From Schmidtea polychroa (Eukaryota): DNA of 60,000 nt. The position numbers were made by a program, and so were the translations under genes. The notes beneath the pieces are model-generated. The model ran no database searches. It saw only the letters and a program-made list of their open reading frames with translations, and was not told the origin of the DNA. Every line of letters begins with the position of its first letter. The stretch's first letter is position 1. Below, piece by piece: positions 1 to 13,198 of this stretch. The stretch lies in assembly GCA_044892525.1 (NCBI GenBank), contig CM097885.1, forward strand, positions 49,106,001 through 49,166,000. The letters are read 5' to 3'.

Positions 1-239
1 AAAGATGATCTTCTGCTTAGATAAAACCCAAAAATTTTCTTACTAAAAATATAATGAAAAGAATATTTTTTCGATCTATAATAAAAAGACATAAAACTAA
101 ATAAGAATTGGATATTAAAATTTCGTAGACTATTCTCGAATTTTACTGAAGAAAATAAAGAAAACGTAACTCAAACCTAAAATTAACATATATTCACTAA
201 AATTGAAATTGCCCCCCTGGAAAAACAAATTGCCCACTG

Positions 240-291
240 GAAATCGAAATTGCCCCCAAGTGGGGCGTGGGCCCCACGTTGGGAAACACTG
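240..291. mobile_element. Terminus of a hAT (Charlie/Buster-type) DNA transposon; the other end is not in the window
   Basis: GTTGGGAAACACTG ends at 291 (reverse complement CAGTGTTTCCCAAC, a typical Charlie-type TIR), followed by TTTTAGAG, which fits the NTNTAGAN target preference. Confidence 0.55.
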
Positions 292-1828
292 TTTTAGAGC
301 ATGCATTTCCCTCAAGCTGCCAAGATCAGCGCATTTCAAAACCTTTTGAAAATACAGCACTTAGGGAAGAAGACAATAGCAATGAATCACTTAACTTAAA
401 TGAACTTGACGACGATATTGAGGAAAAGAACGATGTTGAAGTAGACATAAATTCAGAAAATGGTGATACTCTCCCCGTTGAAGCTCTTGCAATGATTCAA
501 GATTCATCAGAAACATCCAGTGAGGATTAAAATTAAAATTTTTATCCTATAAAGAATATTTTCACTACAATATTTTTATAGGGAACTCTGTCAGATCCTG
601 ACAATCTCCTTTATATATCACATTGCATAGATATAAATACTTAAGTTTAACCATAAGATGTCCAATATACTTATGAGCAGTGCCGTAAATAGGTAGGTGC
701 ACCGGCAAAGGACCAGAGATCGAGGGGGGCTAAAACGGAATTGTTAATTGAATTATTTATGCACATTTTTTTACAAAAATTGTATTCAAGAAAATATGTA
801 TTCTCAGTAAGACACAGAATAATTGTATTGATTAACAATAATATTTAAATAATAATTTTTGTCTTTTGAATTAACTTAAAAATGAATCTGAAACAACTAT
901 TATCTTTTTCTATCAAACCAAAGTATTTTTAAAAACACAAGTAAGCTTTTTTACATTTCCATAGCTCAATAATGTCAAAAACATTGTCAGGCGCTCAAAA
1001 AAGAAAAATTAAGAAGCAAAAACTTGAAGAAAGTAAATCAATGTCGCAAAAACTTGTAAAATGGCTGAGAAAAGATACACCAGAAGTCGGAGAACAGTCT
1101 TCTAATAAAGCAAGTTCTAGTTTACAAGGTGATGTTGCCGTACAACAATTGGATTCGGACTGTATTAGTAGTGATAGTTTTACTTCAGATCACAGTACAA
1201 TAACTGCACAAGTCAATGAGAATGACATAAATTTTTTATCTGTTACTATAAATTACAATGATCCTCATTCTTGGCCAGTTATTAAAAATAAATTAATAAA
1301 TTTCCTTGTCAAACATGATGTAGACGACATCAACTTTAACAATCTTGCATCAGATAATCTAGGGCGTAAATTTACAAAAGACTGGTTTTATGAGAAACAA
1401 ATTAATGGCAATTTTCTACATGGTTCATCACTAGAAAAAAACAATGTGCTAGAATTAAAAAAGCCCACTGTCGATCTTTCTATTAAGTACAGCAAAGATT
1501 TAAATATGTATGAGTTTTCGTATGAAATACAAAGTTTAAAATTTAAAGCCTCGATATTAGTAGACGATTTAAAAACTGCAACACCTCTTGAAATTTTACA
1601 AGGTCTGTATGACTTTGGATTAATTGAATCTTATCCAATTATCAATATTGCTATACGACTATTCCTCACATTCCCAGTATCAATTGCTTTGTGTGAGAGA
1701 AGTTTTAGCAAGTTAAAATTAATTAAAAACTATTTAAGATCTACTATAGGACAAGATAGATCATCCAATCTTGTCATAATATCTATTGAGTATAGAATCG
1801 TAAAGGATATTAATTATGACGATATAAT

Positions 1829-4549
1829 TAGAGATTGTGATCGAGAAATCTTGTCTCGAGAATTCTCGAGAATTTGTATTATTTTGTATTTCTCATTATC
1901 GAGAATTGTTATTTTCGAGATTCTGATTTCTCGAGAAATTTTTAAAATTCACCCAAACTAAATACGCAACAAAAACATTTAAAAATGTAAGTTATATGGT
2001 TGCAATCTGGTTGCTGGAACTAGAATTATTTCAAAAACTTTATTTTCAGTATATTTTGGTTTTCTGGGGAATTATTAACAAATTTATTAAATTTTTTTGT
2101 TGGTGTTTTAATAATATTTATTATAAGCAAAATAGTGTTTTTAATAACAATTTATATTTTATATACATATTTTAGTTTTAAATTCGGAAAAGTAATATAA
2201 AAAATTAATACTTTTTTCTACATAAAGGTACAGGCTGTATAATTTGTGTTTGAATTTGAAGTTCTGGTAAAGTTCATTAAATTAAAAAAATTTTATAGAA
2301 TAAATTAAATATATATTATAATTTTAACCTCACAATGAGTGAATATAATAATGAAGATATTTGAAAATTATTCAAAAGAGTTTCTTATCATGCTACTTAC
2401 ACCTTTTGCACCAAAATTCTTGAATGCAAAAATTCTTCAACAACTGGTTTACATTGCCACCTAATAAATGTTCATCATATGAAAAGAAAAATTAAAGAAG
2501 TTGATAGAGAAAATAAGACTACTGCCAAAATGTTTAAAAGAATTGATAGTTTTTTGGCAGTAAATAAAAGTTTATGTATGAAAGTCGAAGAATTTGTATC
2601 AAGACTCGCTGCCAAGGATGGAATTTCAATTTTTGCAATATGTAAGAGTGAGTTTATTCTAAATATCATTATTGAAGAAGGGTTGTCGTTACCAAAAACA
2701 GCCCATTGACATAATGAATCTAATATTAAAATACTATGACAAAAAAACGAAATTATACAAAAGATCGGCGAAATGAAAATTGAAAAGAAAAAATTCTCCC
2801 AATCAATTGACGAGTAGACCTGTTTTAGAAATCTGCAATAAATGGATATCCATTTATACTATGCTGATGGCCAATCCGACAATTTGGGTCTAGTTCGCAT
2901 TGACGGTTCTTGTCCGGCGGAAAAAGCAATCGATTTAGTTGATGAAAAACTTAAGTCTTTTGGATTAAATTTTGAAACTGACATTGTGTCCACAATAAGT
3001 GATGAAGCCAGCGAGATGGTTAAATTTGGAAGACTATCTCCTGCATACCAACAACTATGTTATTACCATGCCATTCATATAGCCGTTACAAAAATTTTCT
3101 ATATAAATATAACACAAAATCAAGATTGTAACGTGAACTTGAATGAAGATTCAGATGACTCTTCAGTAGCAGAATTTGGTGAATGTGACGATCAATTGAA
3201 TCACATTACTTTGAAATTTGAAATTATAAAAAAAATTAGAATTGTTAAGCTTTTCAAAAATTCGCCAGTACGTAATACTATTTTACAAAATTATGTAAAA
3301 ACTCTTGAAAATGAGTTACAACTTTTATTAGATTGTAAAACGCGTTGGAATACCATAGAAATAATGGTTGAAAGATTTTTAAGAATAAAAAGTGCTGTGA
3401 TTAAAGCATTATTTGATTTAAATTTATGTCACTTATGGAACTCAGAATAGCATTAAACATATTGAAAGCTTTGAAACCAGTTACAATTGCAGTTGAGGCA
3501 CTTAGCCTACACGATACAAACCTTTTAACAGCTGAAGGTATTTTAAAATTTCTATTTAATACTCTTACTACAAATAATCGGGCTGACATAAGTGCATTAC
3601 TTTTAGAAGAAATTAAATTACAAATTACAAAGAGAAGAGATCCAGTTTTAGTATCCTTGATAAGGTTTCTACAAGATCCAAATAGTTTACAATTAGAAGA
3701 AACAGATGAATTTTTTATAACAAATTCGAAAAATGATATAGTTAAACGAGCTAAAATCTTAATGAAAAGGCTGTTCAAAAATAACAATGATATTGAAAAT
3801 ATTTATCCACAAACTGAAATTAATGAATGTGATAATAATGATGACGAACTTGAAATTGTTAATGAACAAACTAATAGTTGAAATCTTAAGAGGAAGTTAG
3901 AAGATTCTATCCGTCAAACACTTAAACATACTCATCATAATTGATGATGACTTCCGTACTTTATTGAAAGAAATAAATATATATGAAGCTACTGGAAACC
4001 TTAAAAATAATTTACTGCTGCTGAAAAACGCTTTAGGCACGATTAGAGCAACATCAATACAAAATGAAAGAAATTTTTCGATATCTAGTAATTTCACATC
4101 AATAAAGAGAGGAAAAGTCATTGATTGTTTATTCATTGTTTAGTCATTGGATTGTTTATGTTTTTTGAAAAATTATTTCTCAAAATATGAATAACTTTTA
4201 TAATAATTTATCTTAATTAAATTATTATAAAATTAATTAGCAATATTTAGAAATAATAAGCAATATTAATATTTTTTTTATGTTATATATTATATAATAT
4301 ATAATATCCAAAAGTTAAAATGTATTATTTTTGTTATTTTTTTTAACACAATGAAGTGTTTTTTAAGTTTTGTTTTTAAAATAATAAAAAATAATCTAAT
4401 GGAAAGTTCTGTATTTTATTTCATGAAAATTCTCGAGAATTCCCGAGAAAATATTAACAAATTTCTCGTATCTCGAGAATTTAAAAATTGCCATAATGAG
4501 AATTCTCATTTCTCGACAATATAAAAAGTACGAGAAATCACAATCTCTA
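1829..4549 (+). mobile_element. Nested hAT transposon (BED-finger type), degraded
   Basis: Perfect 13-bp TIR TAGAGATTGTGAT; perfect 8-bp TSD GATATAAT (1821-1828, 4550-4557); palindromic subterminal TTCTCGAGAA repeats at both ends. Confidence 0.92.
2335..4194 (+). pseudogene. BED-finger hAT transposase, frameshifted with premature stops
   Basis: BED remnant CKNSSTTGLHCHLINVH, SIDE*T, ISDEASEM, QQLCYYHAIH, LDCKTRWNT, ATSIQNERNFS across several frames. Confidence 0.85.
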
Positions 4550-5068
4550 GATATAATTAATGACTTTGCTCAAATGAAAGCTAGAAGAGTACGATTAAAT
4601 ATAAATTAAATAATCTTATAATATAAATAATTTAATATACTTTTGTTTACAATAAATTGTTTATATGATATCTATTTGAACTATAATTACTTTTTCCCCA
4701 AAAATAAAGGGGCCCTAAAAATGTTAGTTACGACACTGTTTATGAGTACCATAAGTATTTCGTCTGTCTATGCCCATGACGTGATTTAATAAAAAATATT
4801 ATTTCTTTCTAGTGCCACTGATCAGGAAAAACATAAAACGTTCTGTGTTGTTTTCTAAAAGGGTACCAAAGTACTTTTGATCAGATATTAGTATTTTTTT
4901 AATTTCATTGGTCACCTAAAGGTTAAACCAACAAAAACAAAAAATTGTAATAGGATCTATTTAGGTCAAAATATTTAATTTAATAAACATGGCGTAAATG
5001 GCTTACCTATGTATTTATTTAACTTTTGATTTATAAATAATTTCGATATCGACAAATTATTTTAAAGC

Positions 5069-5130
<62 letters not shown>
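5069..5130. repeat. (AAT)n microsatellite
   Basis: About 20 perfect AAT units. Confidence 0.95.
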
Positions 5131-5323
5131 TTATATTAATAATTAAAAAATTTTAAATATATTAACCTTAACTTTGTAATGTGTTGAATCTCAATTATTT
5201 AAGTTGCTTTAAAAGTACACGATCTCACTTAGTTATTATTATTATAACCATCGGGCAAAAATTCAAATCAATTAAATTTAATTACAAGTTGACTTTATCT
5301 TTATTTCTCGTTTAGTCTATTTA

Positions 5324-5522
5324 CCCATTACCTCCCTCTGTACTCACATGGGTACAATTGTTAAAGACGTAATTTCATGTTTTTCTATAATGATTATCCT
5401 CGAAGTAATGATCCATTTTAACAATAGATGGCACTGGTAGTCTACGAAAAAATTCAATATGGCGGCAACGAAATGAGAAATGTCAGTTTGTTTGTAAATA
5501 TTTCATTTTGGGCGTCAATGGG
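5324..5522. mobile_element. Possible piggyBac-like MITE (~200 bp)
   Basis: CCCATT...AATGGG termini flanked by TTTA / TTAA; the TIR is short and imperfect. Confidence 0.3.
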
Positions 5523-5846
5523 TTAATAAAAAATGTATTGAAAATACATTGCCATATATTTTTATCAGTTTTTCTCAGCCATAAACAAATTAAAAATTAA
5601 AAAATTATTTATTTTGGGTTATTTAAAATTCATCATTTTTACAAAAGGATTCATATAGCAAAAAATCTGGAGAACTTCTGTATAAGAGACTATTTTCTGT
5701 ATATGTGTAATGATATCATGCGCGTACACAGGGAGGGGGGATTACTGGGTGTTTAACCTCCCCCCCCATGATTCCAACAACAATATAAAAAACTATAATT
5801 AATAAATATATAAACCTTAAAACAATATAAGAAATATTCCGAATGC

Positions 5847-5848
<2 letters not shown>

Positions 5849-5926
<78 letters not shown>
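5849..5926. repeat. (AT)n microsatellite flanked by an imperfect ~30-bp inverted repeat
   Basis: About 39 AT units; arms ATATAAACCTTAAAACAATATAAGAAATAT and ATATTTCTTAAATTGTTTTAAGTTTATAT. Confidence 0.9.
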
Positions 5927-5928
<2 letters not shown>

Positions 5929-5974
5929 TTATAATATTTCTTAATATATTTCTTAAATTGTTTTAAGTTTATAT

Positions 5975-8900
5975 TAGGGCTTGCAATACCGGATCAAATT
6001 TTCAAAACCGGTATTTCGGTATTAATACCGGTATTTAAGAAAAACCAAAAAAAGCAAAACGAAACCGCAAAAAATAGGAAAAAAAATATTTATAAAGAAA
6101 ATAAAATATTTAATTCAATAACGAATAATTCGAAACAATAAACTTTTTTTTAAAGTGCCACAAAAGACAAAAAAAATATAAAATAAAAAAAGAGCAATAA
6201 TATAATTAATAATATATAAGAATAATAAGTCCTATGTCCTATTGTTGTGATTTGCCTTTAAAATATGCCCTCAAAAATGTTAAACTATCAAGAGTTTTGT
6301 CGCTTAAGCTGGATCGAATTTTTGTGCACAACAGCCCTGCTGCTGAAAAGGCTCTTTCGGACTCGACGCTAGTTGGTGGTATGGACATAAGGCAGTCATA
6401 TACTAGTTGAAGATATTTTCCTCTAATATGTTCTACTTCGAAGTATGCTAGTTCCTGTTTTATAACTTTATAAAGTACTTTAGAATTCATCGTTTTTGAA
6501 ATTCCACTCGCAGTATTCATCACATTAACTTTCTTGGAAATTGCCATTTCTAGTTTTTCTTTCATTGTCATCGAACTTAAAATTTCTGGCTCAGAATCAG
6601 CAGATAACTCAGAAACGTCGATGTAAGAGGCTCCTATGTTTTCAATATCGATGACATCGATAGTATATAAGCGTTCCAATAAATTTATAATTATTTTTAT
6701 AATTGTTGCGTTGTTAATTCGATTAAAAATTTCATTTTGGTCGTCATCTGCTGATTTAGTAGGATTGTGCAGGTATTGTAGTAGACTCGATAAATCAGTA
6801 CGCCTTTGTTTTATACGAATAATTAGCTCTTCTTTGAATTCATTATTTAAAGCAGTATTCTGTTCTGTCAATCGATTAAACATAAATAGTAGAGCTGCAT
6901 CTGCGCTAAGAAGAGTAGCATCTTGACGACAACAAGCTTCAACAGTTAATTTGATTGGAAGAACTGAAATAACGGATGATGCTAAAGAAAAATCAATTTC
7001 CGAAAATGATATTTCGGCATTTAAATTTAAATCAATCAAAGCCTTTTGTAATCAGTTCTTTAACTGGACAAAGCGTTCTAGCATGGCAAGTAAGCTATTC
7101 CAACGTGTTTTAGAATCTAGAATTAAATTCAGTTCCTTTCCAAATTGTTCTTTAACATGTTTCTGTAAAGCTTTATCATTTTTCATTGGCGAACGTCTGA
7201 ATAGCTTCACAACCTTTCTTATTTTTTTAATCAATGGACCTATCTGTTCATGAATAATTAAACAGTCAATTGCATTGTTTTCTTGAAGTATAGATAAACT
7301 ATTATCATCAAGATCACTATCATTTTCATCACTTGTATACTGGTTATCATCTTCGTTACAATTAGAATGTTCATTTTCTAAATTTTGGTGTATCATATTT
7401 ATATATAAAACCTTAATGACAGCCAATTGAATTCCGTGAACTAAGCAAAGTTGTTTCCTTGCACAAATCAACTTTCCAACTTTGGTCATGACAGATGTAC
7501 CATCGGTTGTAATGCACACAATGTGTTTATTTAAAGAAACTTGGAATAATTTAAGCCTTTCTTCAACGAGGGCAACACACTTTTCTGCAGGCAATGATCC
7601 TTGCACGCGAACTAATCCTAGGTTCCAGAATTTCTTGATGCCAGCATGAACATTTATATTTAAATAACGTCGGTTTTTTACCGATGTCCATTCATCAAAT
7701 GTAAGACTAAATCGTTGTCCCGAAAGAATTTGAGATTCTAACTCTTTAATCATATTTGCACGAATTTTTTCACTGTACTGCACAACTAAATTTTTTATAG
7801 AGTTTATAGATTTTGGTATATTTTCATACCCTCTGGCAGTTAAACCTTTTCTGATATCCACGGAAGTGCAAAATATGTTAAACGACAAACCGTCACATGC
7901 TGTCATACGAGCTAAAACTGCAGACAAAGAATTGTCCGTTTCCGAAACGAAAAATGTTATTTTTTTTCCCGCTAGAAACTCTGTTCACTTTAGAAGTTGA
8001 TGGTTCTGGCTCAATTTCAATCAGAAGGTTGGAGCTCGGAGCATTCCTTTTTTTAAATTAATTTGGTGGAGTGTCTTTAGGTGGGTATGCAAACCACTTG
8101 TACTACCTCCTTGCGTCTTTATTACTTTGTTACACTTCTTACATTTTGAAATTTGTCCCTTTTTCTCACGAAGAAAATAGAACCATACGGAATTTTCATC
8201 AGCTGATTTTTCCTCAAAAACATAGTTTTCCATGGCTAAAAATAACAGCGTTTTAACTTTAAGTAAATTACAGAATTTTTTGAATATTTGTACCCACTTT
8301 TTAAAACGGCAGAAATCTTGCTATTCTTTATTATTATTTATTATTTTTAATTTTTAAAAAACCCGCAACAGTGCGCTATGATAGCGCCGCTATCTATATA
8401 AATATATAGAAAATAAAAATTTTACTTATACAATAATTAATTTTCACACTTTTAACTTACCTTTACCTATCTGCTATTTATCAATTGAATTAATGATTAT
8501 TAATTATAATTATGATTTTAAATATTTTTTAACTTTTATATTATACACAAACACAATTCTCTAAATTTTCAAAAACTTTACAACTGAACTAACTAACTAT
8601 TCTTTATAAAATAAAAAAACATAGCTTCAATATTGAAAATTTGGAAAAATAGAAAACAATAATTTCCCATAGAAACGGCTTGCTATGTGAATTTGTATCT
8701 TTTGTGTCTTTTTTAGTATTTTTTTAGTATTAGAAAAATTAACGTACAAAAAGGCTCTTTCTTAATGTAAAAAAAACTAATTACTTCAGTAGGGCCACCT
8801 GTACGTAAATTTCAAAATTAGATTTAATCTTTAAACATGACAACACCTAAACATATGCTAATTACTTATAAAAAATAAAATAGTTAAATAAAAATGATAT

Positions 8901-9011
8901 GAATGTTAACTTACAGCAAAAAAATTTAATACCGGATACCGGTATTAAGTGGTCATTAATACCGGTATTAAAAATGTCGGTAATACCGGGATCCCGGTAT
9001 TGCAAGCCCTA
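5975..9011 (-). mobile_element. Nested full-length hAT transposon (BED-finger type)
   Basis: Perfect 18-bp TIR TAGGGCTTGCAATACCGG; perfect TSD GTTTATAT (5967-5974, 9012-9019); subterminal ATACCGGTAT repeats. Confidence 0.93.
6239..8233 (-). pseudogene. BED-finger hAT transposase broken by ~2 frameshifts
   Basis: BED finger VWFYF...CKKC...TSGLHTHLKTLH; TFDEWTS, TTDGTSVM, CLVHGIQL, DSKTRWNS, PPTSVESERAFS. Confidence 0.9.
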
Positions 9012-9025
9012 GTTTATATAGACCA

Positions 9026-9059
<34 letters not shown>

Positions 9060-9066
9060 GACCAAA

Positions 9067-10079
9067 TGGAATCTGAATCAACAGCAACGCGACTAAAACA
9101 AATATGTCCCACACGATGGATTCAACGCCACGAGTCCGTCCTAGTATTTAGGGAGCCTCAAAAAGCTGGAATTTCTGCAATGGAAATTATTTCTGAATGG
9201 GATGACAAAACAACTTCTTCTGCAATTCAGCTTCTATCTGTTATTAGGAGTACAGAATTTCAAGTATCGCTTCATGTTCTTGCCAAGGTTTTTGCTATAA
9301 CCCTACTGCTAAGTCGATTACTACAAACAATAAATCTTGATCTGGCCGCTGCAATGGGACTGGCAGAAAATGTTTAAGAGGTGCTAGATGAAACACGACG
9401 CGAAATAGAAAAGCAATTTAATACCATTTTCAGTGACGTCAAGAAAATATGTGACGAACTTAATGTAGAAATACGAATTCCTCGTCTAACCGGAAGACAA
9501 GTTCATCGCTGCAACATTGAAGTTGAAAATCCTGAAGAGTATTATCGTATTGTCATCTTCATTCCTTTTGTGGATTCTACAAAGATGCAAATTCACGATC
9601 GGTTTCTGTAACATAAAAATATATTGCAAAGTTTTATGTGTCTTTTGCCAAATGAACAAAACTTTTCATCAGAGCACGAAAATTCTGCAAAAATCCTTTT
9701 AGAAAAATATAATAGTATTACAAACTGTAGCATAGTTGAGGGCATTGGTGAGCTGAAGCTATGGTGGCGCCATGTTTTAAATTCTTCGAATACACCAAAA
9801 AATGCTCATAATGCATTTTTAGCATGCAACAATTCAATTTTCCCAACTGTTCGAAAATTACTTAAAATATTTGCTACACTACCAGTTACAACATCAAGCA
9901 GTGAACGATCTTTTTCAACATTGAGACGACTTAAAACGTATTTACGCAACACAATGAGTGAAGATAGGTTAAATGGATTAGCGTTACTTAATATTCATCG
10001 TAATGTCGCGATTTCTACAGATGCAGTTCTAGATGAACTAGCAAAAAGTTCACGTAAATTAGAAATTCGCTTGGATTAG
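9067..10079 (+). pseudogene. C-terminal half of a PRKRIR/Tip100-like hAT transposase with in-frame stops
   Basis: LKQICPTRWIQRHESV, RIPRLTGRQVHRCN, PEEYYR, TLPVTTSSSERSFSTLRRLKTYLRNTMSEDRLNGLALLNIH. Confidence 0.9.
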
Positions 10080-11429
10080 GTAATTATGGATAGAAAAATC
10101 TTTGAACTTCAGTCTTAATTTATATCGCTTTTTATTTTTTTCAGAAAATAGTCCTTTTGCTGAATATGCAATTTTTATTCTATTTTATAAGAAAACAATA
10201 CATAATTTTTAATATATGTATTGAGTTTTCTTATACAAAGATATTCATCATATGTATAATTTTCTATTAATTTTTCTTGCTTAATTTTTTATTAATTTTT
10301 CTTATATAATTTTTAATATGTATATAATATATTACTTTTTTTCTAATAAAACTTTTATATTAATTTTTCTTATAATGCATAATTATTATTCATATTTCTT
10401 AATAAATTTTTATTTAGTTTTCTTTACAATTTTCTATAAAAAAGTTGAGAGAAAAATATACCTATAGGTAATTGTTTTTATATTGAAATAAAGTGAAATA
10501 TAATTTGAATATAATTTGGTAAATAGTGTTAGCTATTACGTGAAAAAATAAAAATACATATACAAAATATGTTTTCTGAACCCCCCCCCCCCATGGATTC
10601 ATCCTGTGTACGCGCCTGAATGATATAATGTATGAATTTATAAAATTTGATGTATTTTGTATTTTTGTATATGAAAAATTTAAAAATAAAGATAAGTTTA
10701 TAATGAAAAATCCATAAACATTTAGGATCTTACTTCAATTTTCATACATTCTTTATTTTCATTAAATTCTTGTAATTTTAAATTTATTTCATTTTTAATT
10801 CTTTCGATTTCATCATCTTTTTCTTTTATTTTTTGTTCCCATTGCTTTAGGATTTTATCTTCTAAATGAAATGGTTTAATATATTGTTGCATTTTGTTTT
10901 TTTTTAATACGATAGGATAATTTTGGTATGGCTTTTTTAAATTAAATTTTCAAATTACAATATGGAGTCACTATTAATATAGAGTATGTCAAATGCAGAA
11001 TCTGTAACCGTTTGGACATCACTATTCGAAAAAATAACAGGTAATTTTATTGCAACATGTAAAAATTGATGCATGAGAATACCAATGCTTCAGGTACGAA
11101 AACTTGAAATCTATCAAAATGTCATAAATTAATAAATCAATCGTATTTCTATATTCTGTGCTACATTTGCACTTCGATTGTAAAAATTTTAATCACCTCA
11201 GAAACGATTTACATCACTTTAGAAACATTTCCTCACACTCTTAAAATACTTAAAGCCCATAGTAATTAAATCTTCATTATTGATCTCATGTTCAGAAAAA
11301 AACATCAACTCTTTCAGAATTAGCATCTCTTTAAATTAACACCTTCAAATTACCGAAGACAAATAATAATGAGTGTTGGAAACCATAGAAATTAGACAAA
11401 ATAAATTAAGTTTGATTAGCGGAAATCCA

Positions 11430-12520
11430 AATTTTAATTTGAAAAAGGAAATCATTATGCTGGTGTGAACCACATATTGAGTGAGATAAATAAGGAATAT
11501 TGGATATTAAGAGCAAGATAGTTAATCAAAGAATGTGAAAACAATTGTTAGGAATGTAAGAGAAGGAGAGCTAGGGGAATGAAACAAATAATGGCTCCAC
11601 TACCTTCATTCAGATTTGATGAACCGATGCAAATATTTGGAAAAGTCGCTGTAAATTTTTCGGGGCCATTTGAAACGATTCAGGGAAGGGCTAAAGTGAG
11701 ACAGAAAAAATATCTTTGTTTATTCACCTGCTTACAAACCCGAGCAGTTCATTGTGAAATGGCTTACTCTTTAGACACAGATGCATTTATTAGAGCCTTC
11801 ATGAGCTTCATCGGCAGAAGAGGAAAGCCTTTAATGATTTTATCGGATAATGGGACAAATTTTGTAGGGGTTACCGGAGAGGTTCAAGAATTTGTGGTGG
11901 ATTCCTACAAAATGGCTAAAGTGATGTTGGGAAATCAAGTTAGATGGATATTCAACCCGCCATCAGCGCCACATTTCAGAGGAGTTTTTGAGTCCTTAAT
12001 AAAGTCAGCGAAAAGGGCTTTGAAAGTGGTTATTGGAACAGCTGACATTTCTGACGAAGAACTAAACTCAATATTAATAAGGGTAGAAGAGTTATTGAAT
12101 TCTCGACCTTTGACGGTCCAATGTATTGATAGCAAAGAAGATATTGTCCTCACTCCAAATCACTTCTTATTAACGAGATGGCCTGGAGTTGAGCGAGAGA
12201 AAAAACTTTCAGCAAAAAGAGGGGTAGACTACAGGAGGAGATGGAGAAGAATTTTGGTATTAGTTAACCATTTCTGTGAACGGTGGAAAAAGGAGTTGAT
12301 ACCGATGTGGAGTATTAGACAAAAATGGTGTAAGTAGGGCATAGGAATTAAAATTGGGGATTCTGTATGACTGTTAGAATCTAATGTTTTAGAAGGCCGT
12401 TGGCCATTAGCAAGAGTCAAAGAGATATTTCAGGGTGTTGATGGGAAAGTTCGAGTAGTGAAGGTTGATTGTGGTGGAAAAGAGAAAATAAGACGAATTG
12501 TGAAGATCTTTCCTTGGAAT
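11430..12520 (+). pseudogene. BEL/Pao LTR retrotransposon integrase remnant
   Basis: HHCC remnant (HYAGVNH...C*ECK), MAPLPSFR, YLCLFTCLQTRAVHCE, SDNGTNFVG, FNPPSAPHFRGVFE, LNSRPL, LTPNHFL, WPLARV. Confidence 0.9.
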
Positions 12521-12659
12521 TGGACGAGAAAATCCAAAAATCACGTGCTGCGTCGGATAATACTTAAATTAAGTAAATAAATTAAATTAAAGCTTAATAA
12601 TGATGATCGTGGCAAATTACAGTTGTGAATGCTTGTCTGGCTTTGAATTGACAATTGTC

Positions 12660-12690
12660 AAGGAGAGTGGAATGTTGTGATATATTACTT
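12660..12690 (+). promoter_or_regulatory. Putative polypurine tract and start of the BEL 3' LTR
   Basis: AAGGAGAGTGGAA directly followed by TGTTG at 12673, ~150 bp after the integrase. Confidence 0.5.
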
Positions 12691-12937
12691 TTTTAATTTC
12701 TATATTAAATGAAGATTTTCTATGAAATATCAAATGTAACTCGGTAAACAAGAAATCAGTGCATAATTTTTATTGTAATTTTTTAAAACTAATTATTGGT
12801 ATTTTAATATTCATTTTGTACTATATTGTAAGTTAGAGAAATTTAAAATATTTTTAGATTTATGTTAATTTAATGGTGAGCTTTCAATTTATTATTTGGA
12901 TATATTATATTTCAATTATTTTTGAATACTTGGAACA

Positions 12938-13198
12938 ATGGATAAAATTAATATAAGTAATGTCGAAGTTAGGGAAAATTCAGCCAAGCTTTCTTCCAAA
13001 TTTAAATTTAAAGTTAAATTCGAATGTCTTGAAAGCTTAGAAGATGATTTGGAATGGAAATTAATTTATGTCAGCAGTGCCTCTAATGCAGATTTAGATC
13101 AAGTCTTTGAATATGAATATGAAAAAGAAGAAATGAATTTTGTTCATTTTATAGAAACTTTTAATTTTACCGAAACAGACGTGTATACGACATCATAA
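12938..13198 (+). pseudogene. ASF1: Histone chaperone ASF1 fragment, intronless and internally deleted
   Basis: KINISNVEVRENSAKLSSKFKFKVKFECLESLEDDLEWKLIYVSSASNADLDQV matches the ASF1 N-terminus (FECxExLxxDLEWKxIYVGSAxSxxxDQV), then jumps to YEYEKEEM. Confidence 0.75.

Larger units (their letters stand above)
972..4609 (+). pseudogene. hAT transposase deletion derivative, join(972..1828,4558..4609)
   Basis: N-terminus plus dimerization motif FPVSIALCERSFSKLKLIKNYLRSTI, with the catalytic core missing. Removing the nested element and one TSD copy restores ...DDIINDFAQMKARRVRLNIN* (stop at 4609). Confidence 0.85.
678..4738 (+). mobile_element. hAT transposon (ZMYM1/Tip100-like), internally deleted, with a nested hAT
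   Basis: TIRs CAGTGCCGTAAATA (678) and TAGTTACGACACTG (4738); 8-bp TSD CTTATGAG / TTTATGAG (1 mismatch). Confidence 0.85.
5717..10618 (+). mobile_element. hAT transposon (Tip100/PRKRIR-like), 5'-deleted, with a nested hAT
   Basis: TIRs CATGCGCGTACACAGG / CCTGTGTACGCGCCTG (1 mismatch); perfect 8-bp TSD AATGATAT (5709-5716, 10619-10626). Confidence 0.9.

Noticed and set aside
300..530. Acidic ORF tail
   Set aside because: Probably the C-terminus of an interrupted transposase, but unidentifiable
1829..1961. C-terminus of the 329-aa ORF as listed in the ORF track
   Set aside because: Read-through into the nested element; the true end is 4558-4609
10986..11130. BED-finger-like remnant (VWTSLFEK...ATCKN)
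   Set aside because: Too short and degraded; no ends found
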